A stretch of 64,000 nucleotides of DNA, taken from assembly GCF_009914755.1 (NCBI RefSeq), contig NC_060931.1. One strand, given 5' to 3'. This document shows, piece after piece, positions 55,218 to 64,000 of the stretch. Position 1 is the stretch's first letter; the number at the start of each line of letters is the position of its first letter. The translations under genes were made by a program, and so were the position numbers. Below the pieces are notes generated by a model. That model had not been told where the DNA came from and ran no database searches. It worked only from the letters and a program-made list of their open reading frames with translations. The DNA comes from the human T2T-CHM13v2.0 reference genome, Homo sapiens.

Positions 55218-56064
55218 ACTTTGTTTATTGCACAATGTTTCACAGACCTTCTCCTGCCAACAAGCAGACCATAAATGTCACGATCCTATCCCAACATGTG
55301 TTGTTAAGTCAGCACAGGATGGCCTACAAATTTTGCAACTATTTCGAAAAATTACCAAAAATGTTTTACATCCTGCCTAGCATCTTGTTATCTAGGTAGT
55401 AAAATACCAAGGGTTAATGTGATAGCTAAAGAAAAAGAAAATCACCCAACCACCTCATGCCTTTTCTTTTTCTTTCCTAGGAAATTGCCAGTTATATGAG
55501 TCCTATATTTGTCCTTCTTTTTAAATGGGAAAAGGCAGAGAAAATAAAACTACAACACGTTTTATTTGTGTGTTAGCGATTACAGCCCGGGGCTATTTTT
55601 CCTTTCCCAAACAGTGCGCATTTTAGACCTGACACCAAGCAGGGGGTGGGATGTTGAGCTCCATGAAGGAAATTTTTACTTGTGACCAAAATACTGGACC
55701 AGATGGATCGCAAAACTTGCCAAGAGCACAGTTAAATGTTCACGAGAGGACTACTAATGTAAGCAAGGAACTCACTAGTGCTATCTCTGTTTTTTGTTTT
55801 CATTCCACCTAGAACCAAGAATTTAGGAATGCTAAGGAAATCACCCCCAGGCAGATTTAGTCTTTGCTAAGCTCATTACAGAAGTGTTAACACACACCTT
55901 AGATGCACTGAATTCTAACAATTACAGAAACAAATCTCTAAGGCTACGGAACTTCACCAGAGGTATTTCTAAGAACTGCTGGATGCTTTGTTAAAAGAAC
56001 ACTGGAAAGGCTCCGGTACAGGCCAGGTCAGGGCTGGAAGTGGCAAAGAAAGCATCAACAACAA

Positions 56065-56557
<493 letters not shown>

Positions 56558-57658
56558 CTAATTGGAAAATCAGTTTGTAATTCCATTTTATGACTCCTGA
56601 AAAGATGAATGGTCTTTTTAAGAAAAGCTATCCAAAAAAACCCTACAAATGCATCCAAAGACAGCTTCTGCTCATCCAGAGCCAAGAAGAACTAGCAGGT
56701 ACCTCCAGCATCTTGGCACAGGGCTGGTCCCCATTCCAGATTAAGCTTCCACAAGTTAACTCCTTTGTACCTGCCTACCCTTGAAAATGAGAATCTTTGA
56801 CAAGCTGCTGCCATCCCTCCATGGCTGTGAGACCACCTGGACAAAAACTCTAGGAGAAAATGCTGGAGTCTGTGTCCACTCCAGATAACTAAGTGAAACT
56901 TTGTCATTTACTAGGTCCACAGCACATGGAGATAGGAAAGGCTGGGTCTGAAAAACCTGAATTAAGGTAACTATTATCCTCAGTGAACATGTTTCCTTGC
57001 TCCATCAGTGTTGTGAGGGGGTAAGATCCCAGAGATGACTCAGACATCAACACGGATGAGTTCTGTTGTTCTGGTTGTTAAACCAGTGGAATCTTTATCT
57101 CTCCATTGACAAATGCTGTTGTGCCCATATCCCCAAAGGAATCCCTTGCTGCTCCTGCCCTCTCCTTGGGGCTATAATCCAGCAACTAAAGAGGTGACCA
57201 CACAGCACAGCCAAAGCCCTGTGAGAATCAATGCCAAGGCTTCAGCCAGAGCCTCATCAGTGCTGCCCAGGCTACACCAGGCTTTAGGTAATCTGACTTC
57301 TGCTGGAAAGCTCTGGAGAACCAATGATGGAGCAAGTGTTGGGCAAACTTTCTCTTGTTTTCTGCCCAGTCTAATAAAATGAAAAAATGACGAAGAAGGT
57401 AGATTTGGGCCACTTGGAAAAACATATTTGAACCAAGTAGGGCAATTTCGTTTGAATTTGTTAAATCTCAGTGTCAAAATAGGTTGGAAGGGGACTTCGG
57501 CAGGTGCTCAAACCAATCTTCAAACTGTACAGATGGGATAAATGACTTTTGCTCACTTGCTAATCAGTGCCGAGGCGAGGAACAGAACCTAGACTTCAGC
57601 CTCAGTCTCTCAGCCTAGTGTCCTTTCCCGTCTCCTTCTGCTTCTAAGTAGTTTTTTT

Positions 57659-57994
<336 letters not shown>

Positions 57995-60599
57995 TAGTAC
58001 TTTCAAGTGTGCCAAAAACTGGGCTAGGAGGTAAACAATATAAGATGATTATTATCTCTAAAATACAAAAAGGATATGTAATGGGCATGCAATTGGTCAG
58101 TAAATACCTAGAAGCTTCTCATGCATGCATAATAAATTGCTTCCCTTAAGTTAAACAATCCTCTTGTCGTATCAATTATACCATTCACCTAATTAACAGA
58201 ATCTTTCCTAAACTGTGCAAAGGCAAACTTCCCTGAAGACCTTGCAAATGATCCCAGTGCCCAATTGCTGGAATGGCACTAATAAGATTTGACTCTACTG
58301 ACAAATTAAAATTTTAATCAGGGCCACATGAAAATCTCAAGAGCAGGAAAAGTAAAGCAAATTGAGAGGTTTACATTATAGGTTTTGAGATACTTTTCCA
58401 TACAAGCAACATAGAACAGAGAAATTAACAGGCCAAGGAAATGTTATTTTTTAAAAAAGGAGGAGGACAAAGGAAAAAAAAGACACGAGTCACTGGTAAA
58501 CAATGTTGACACTGTTGGCCACTTTGTTTTAAAATCATATAAAATCTTTGGGGTATTAACAATTGCCCATACTTTCCCCTGGAATTGCAGAAAAGCTGGC
58601 TCTGCAGCAAAGGGAGATGGTTTAGGCCACTGACTGAAAGACTCATCCCTGTGTATGGTTTCAAAATGCTGCCTGGTATCATAGCAACCATACATGACTG
58701 AATGTTGTACAAAATGTGATCAAGGCCTCCCCTGGGAAAATCTCATGTAATTTACTCCATTTCTAAGATGTTCCCTGGGCTCTGGAAATCAGGTCCTCAG
58801 TTCAAGGATCTTCAGCACAGGAGGAACTTACACATCATCCAATCTGCCTACTGACAAGGCAGAGAGGGGATGGAAGAGCCCAGTAACTTAACCAGCACCA
58901 CAGCTGGTGGCAGAGCAGAGAGCAGAGCCAGCTATCTGGACTCCCAGCTCAGCGCTGCTTCCTCTTGATCTCACGGCCTCATCTCTCCAATTTAGTGAGA
59001 ACTGACCTTCCTCACCAATCAGCTGTTTTCACAATGAGACTCATGCATCATAGCTGTATTATATTTTAACCTGGAGATCAAGTATGGTACATCAATTGGA
59101 TGTCTGTACCCTGGGGATTTTGCCTTGTTCTAAGGTGACATGACAAATGGCAGATTCTGCACCTTTCACTTCACTAAAGATAGTCTTAAGGACAACTGCC
59201 TCAACTTCCTTCAGCCTTTAGCTCCCTGCCTGCTCCCTAGCATTAAGAAACAAAGGAAAAGTCAGCTGATTTGTTCCATGAGCCTGAGCCATGCACCTGT
59301 AATGAGAGGTACCGAGGGAGAGGCCCAGGTTTCCTGGGTCTGTACCAGGTTCAAAGGGCAGAAGAGCTGCTCTCCATGCCCAACTTGGAACATACATAAT
59401 GACCTAAGGGGGGAGAAAACTAATCTCCAACCCTCTGGTTCACAGGCAATCATGTGCAGAGGCCTTTAGCTTTAGAGTTTGGGGCGCTTGTTTCTCCTGG
59501 AGGTGCCAGGTACGGCTCCATGCTAGGTCTGCAGCATTCACCATGCTGAGTGTTGAGCCGTGTTCTCAAAAACTCATGCCCCCAAGTTTGAACAAACTCA
59601 TACTTGTCCCCTAAGAAGTCCCTGTCATCCCGGTCTGTCGGCCATGAGCTCGTTACTCCCCTGACCTTGAGGCCCACAGACTGGGATGAAGCCAGGACCT
59701 GGCTCCTCACTCAAGTCCTCCCGCGCCTTCTCTGGATGCCTTTCTCTCCCTGCTCACGGCACACTGCACTTTGTAAAACGTCTTCAGATGTGGAGAGCTG
59801 AGTCCTGGCAGTCATCCCAGGAAAGGGGAGCTTTTTTGTTGCTCTGCCCTTGATTGGTCCTCACTCTCAAACAGCTGTGAACCTTTTTCTTCGTTTATTT
59901 TCAAGCAATTAAAACTACAGCTTGATAGCATTACTGTAATCTCTCCCATTGTGTTTACAGAAATTTTTCTTTCTTCAAGACTTCATGTATCTATCCAAAA
60001 GAGAGAGAACAGTCTAGAGGCACTGCATACCTCACGAAAGTGATCTGATTGGTTCTCATCCCTGAAAAAGCCAAATACTTGGAAATAAGAAGTTGAAAAC
60101 ATACATGTGGCCACATTTTCCTCTCCTTTGCTTCCACGTCCACATAGAAAAGAAGAAAAGCTTCTAGATATTTGCAAAGGTTTTGTGAAATATGAGCTTT
60201 GGCTAAGCACATGTTTTTAAAACTATTTGGACCCTCCAAACAGAACAGATGTTTCTGCAAAATTTTCCACCATCCAGTCACAGCAATCCCGGCACGATCC
60301 TGCCCCATGTCCGGCTCCGGGCAGGCTGTCAGTGGCAGCTGGTCTGAAGAAAGTTTTACAAATCATCTAGCTCTTCTTAGACTTTAGAACAAGCTCCCTC
60401 CAAGCCCTGCAATGTTTCAAGGTAGAGGAGGTAGCAGGAAGATGGGCATTTGAACAGCACAGAGGGCCAGAGGTAGAGTGTGAAGGCAACAGAAAGGTAC
60501 ATATTCTCTTCATGACATTCATCAACAAAGCCTAACATTTCACAAGTACTCGGGCTTATTTCTTACTAAGTCCTGAAGCATTAAGGTCATCCAAAATCC

Positions 60600-60720
60600 C
60601 CTATTAAAGCGTGAGCTCCTCGAGGGCACAGACTGTGGTTTTATTCATCTTTCTATCCCCAGCACTTGCATACTGCACACACAGAGCAGACATTCAATAA
60701 ATTTGATTGACTGAAATGAA
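60600..60720 (+). mobile_element. L2 LINE 3' end
   Basis: 'gtgagctcctcgagggcacagactgtggttttattcatctttctatccccagcac...cattcaataaatttgattgactgaa'. Confidence 0.8.
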
Positions 60721-63700
60721 AACTGTGAATACCTTCATGGGAACAGGGCCATGACCAGCAGGCATCTTACCTAGAACTGGTTACCGGGTGAAGGTAAGAT
60801 AAACAGAGTATTCCTACATGGGGAAGGCAGCTGCCTAAAACGGAATCGGCTCTGGAGAGCCAGAATCCCTGTGTGTAGCGAAATACTACAGGTCAGCAAG
60901 CAATGCGGTGTGATACAAAGATCCAACTAGGTGTAGCCGGAAGCCAGTGCACAGGGAGGTTTGACACCAAAAGAGACTGTTCTAAGTCACAGGCAAGACC
61001 TGCGTTCATAACGTTATGAAAAGAGCTCATCACAGCATACTCTTCCACTTTTATGCACCAGGACAAAGACCTAATAACCTCAGCAGATACACCTCTGTCA
61101 ACTCCAACACCAGCAGGCGTCTACAGTTTAGTGGCTAAATGCAAATTCTGAAAACCCTGCCTCAACTGCCCTGAAAAATCTTTAGTCCTCCTTTCAAACT
61201 TTTATAATTCAACTCTCATTTCTTTCCTTCCTCATAGAACCATTTGGAAAGATTTTGGTTTTTCAATAAATATATTAATACACAAAAGTTAGTATGTCCC
61301 ATAAAAGTATTTTTAACCAGCTCCTAATCTGCCAAGATTTCAGTGAAACCTTTCACTTACCATTTGCCACCCACATACAGACCCAAGGACGGACCTTCTA
61401 TCCAGTGACGGCACTTACAGCTGATTAAAGGGTTTGGAGGTGATGACAAAAATATGCTTGGTTTACAAAGACAGGCAACATGGAAGGACACATCTGTGAT
61501 CAGAAAAAGTGCAAATTTGCAGAGGAGGAAGCTGCTTTCGATTTGCATTATTACTGCTCGGGTTCAGGAGAGATCCTGCTGTTTCAAGCGATTCCATGTT
61601 TAACAAGTTCTCGGCATTTCTTATTCCAAAAATATGTAATGGAACTACTAACAATACAAAAGAGCTCATTTTAACTTTTGTTTTCTTGTCAGAAGGCAGA
61701 AAATGTTAAAGAAGAAATTCATGATGTTGTAAGTTTAACATCGTAGTATGAAGTCTGGGAGACGTGTCTGAATCAAACACGTCTTCTGTTCTAAAATCCA
61801 TCAAAATGAAGAACTTCTGAGAAGACGAATAAAGGAAACACTGTATATATTGCTTGCATAAATTGGATCTCATTAAAAATATGGTGGCTGGGCTTCACAC
61901 ACAGTTTGCACCTTAACCTTGCATCTGTTATAATTGCCCCAAGCATTATTCCAGCTCTTTCATTTCAGTGAGAAAGTGTGATGATTTTGTCAACCAGGGT
62001 GTAAAACTGACTTGAAACAAACTTCTATAATCAACTTCCCACAACCCACTGAACTGTGCGAAATGGCAGCATGTAATAAATAATTAATGCAATTAACAAA
62101 ACGGCATAAGCCTACTATAGAATATAATCTGTTCAGGCTGAAGAATAAAGTTCACTTCAAATAATTGTTACCATATTTACTTATGGATATGGCTATATGC
62201 AACTCTATGCTTAAATAGCATATAACAATTCCCAAAGTCAGGTCTTGTAATGTAAATTGGCATTGCTTCACTTTTGAGATAAGTATCTCCAGACATACAA
62301 ATTCTTGGATAAAACTTAAAAAGACTAGAAGTAATTATAAAAATTAGAAAAGATAAACTAAAGAAAAAACAGAAACCATCCATAATTCAGCTCCCTTCCA
62401 CCACCACCCCACCCAAACATGTATAATTAACGTTTTAGAAGGAAAGATATAAACACTTAACAGTTGTTTCAAAAGTTGGGATGGGGTTGGAGGATCAGGG
62501 AAGGATGAGTTTACCTTTCTTTGTATCATTTAAATTTTTCAAGTCATGTGCATGTATTTTTAATTTTTAGAAAATAGTTTATATAAACTTGCATACACCT
62601 TTCAGATTTTCCTCTGGATACATATTTTTTAAAAACCAAAATGGTGATGACATTATGTGAATAACCAAAAAAAATTATGTATTTAAGAAAAGTACAAAGA
62701 CAACCTCTCTCACCTTGTTCCCCTCCTCCCAAAGCTCAGAAAAGGAAACTCCAGCCTTGCCTCAGTATGAAAATACATGACTTTTTAAAATAGCACTATC
62801 GGTAGGTGTTAGCAGTGGGCAATGTGTGACCCACAATCTTCCTTTCCCACAAAACACAACACTATCGTCTTCTAAATTTCCTTCATCCGAGTTGGAGATG
62901 ACCCTCTCCAATCCCCTATGTTTTAAAATAAGCAACTAATATCTAGATAGGTTACAGGGTACTTGAGTTAGCAGAGCTCGTTGTGCCGGAGCGTGGCTGG
63001 AGACCTGGTCTCTGGGCTTCCCATGAAGCCCACACACCCATCCATGCTGTTGTTTGTAGGGCTCTTTTATACTGAGAGGGAAGGTCAGTCCTCAGATTTG
63101 CCCTGGAGTGTGATCACTTCAGGCTGCCTCCCCTCCCTTTCTCTCAGGCAAGGGCGCACCCAAGGACTGAAAATCAAAGCCAGGACCACATGACTCCCAT
63201 CCTGACTCTCTGGACCCGAATCTTTGCATTTTGCTTTATTTTCACTTTAAATCAAAGTAGTTTGTTAGGCTGTCTCTTAATAATTTGGCCTAAAGTATTC
63301 TCCCGGGAGACAATTTCACAAGGTACACTTAGAACCACTGAGGCACAGTCTCTTTGGAAGAATAAGGAGCCCTCACGTCTCATCACAGGGAACGTGCTTA
63401 TTTACGTCACATATGCATTATTGCCCCTGCCCGGGGCAGTGCTGGCTGGCAACCCCAGGAGGAAAAACCACTCTGTTGTGGCCATTTTCAAAGAAACTCA
63501 CCTACATGCAGAAGTCCCTGGATGTGTGAATTTTCTTTGCAACAAAGGGAAAGAAGGTCCAGTGATAGTCTCATGATTACATGGTCAAAGGGGTTGATAA
63601 GAAGCAAAACATAAAATAAAATAATCGTAATTAGAAAGAAATTGCATAAGAAAAAAGAACCTAAATGCCAAGTAAATTCAATTATTTAAGAGTAGATGCT

Positions 63701-64000
63701 TGAAAAAAAAGTTTACTTAGTTAAAAAAAAAAAATCAGAGGTGAGGCTTTTTCCCTTCAACGTATTCTATTGCTTTCTTATGCTTTATTATAAAATTAGC
63801 TAACAGTACTGTACAGGGTCATTGCAACATTTTCTAAGTGCCTCATGTCTACCTATGTGTTCCTACTTTTCCAGGCCTCTGGGCAAGGATGTTTACATTA
63901 TTTGTCCTAAGTAATTAATTTGCCCCAAATAAGTTAAAAAAGTCAGTGTCACAATGTCAGAAGAAGGGCCATGAAATGTTTGTTGAGGTCACTGGAAGAG

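Noticed and set aside
60031-60061. 31-nt minus-strand pseudo-exon (tttttcag|...|gtatgc), and a similar 60-nt one at 61361-61420
   Set aside because: Peptides not recognised and no independent support; such splice-site pairs are common in long introns
61005-61020. Perfect 16-bp palindrome ttcataacgttatgaa
   Set aside because: About one such palindrome is expected by chance in 64 kb

Overview
Primate (most likely human) non-coding genomic DNA. It contains 12 Alu elements, a THE1 solo LTR, an L1PA 3' end, many old L1M, L2 and MIR fragments, hAT and Tigger DNA transposon relics, ERVL-type solo LTRs and microsatellites. I could not recognise any protein-coding exon, RNA gene or CpG island. All supplied ORFs look like chance or repeat-derived frames. 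Unique sequence appears A/C-rich on the + strand by eye, which suggests a large intron of a minus-strand gene that I cannot name. I found no convincing previously undescribed biological system. The best-supported observations are: a four-layer nested insertion with intact target-site duplications (TSDs) (old L1ME > L1MB > MER21 LTR > AluS); an inverted Alu pair only ~63 bp apart; 11 of 12 Alus with an oppositely oriented neighbour within ~1.5 kb; a near-identical 97-bp tandem duplication; three perfect AP-1 sites within 79 bp; a strong CTCF motif; and several speculative minus-strand microexon candidates. Repeat subfamily names come from recalled consensus sequences, and boundaries of old repeats are approximate.
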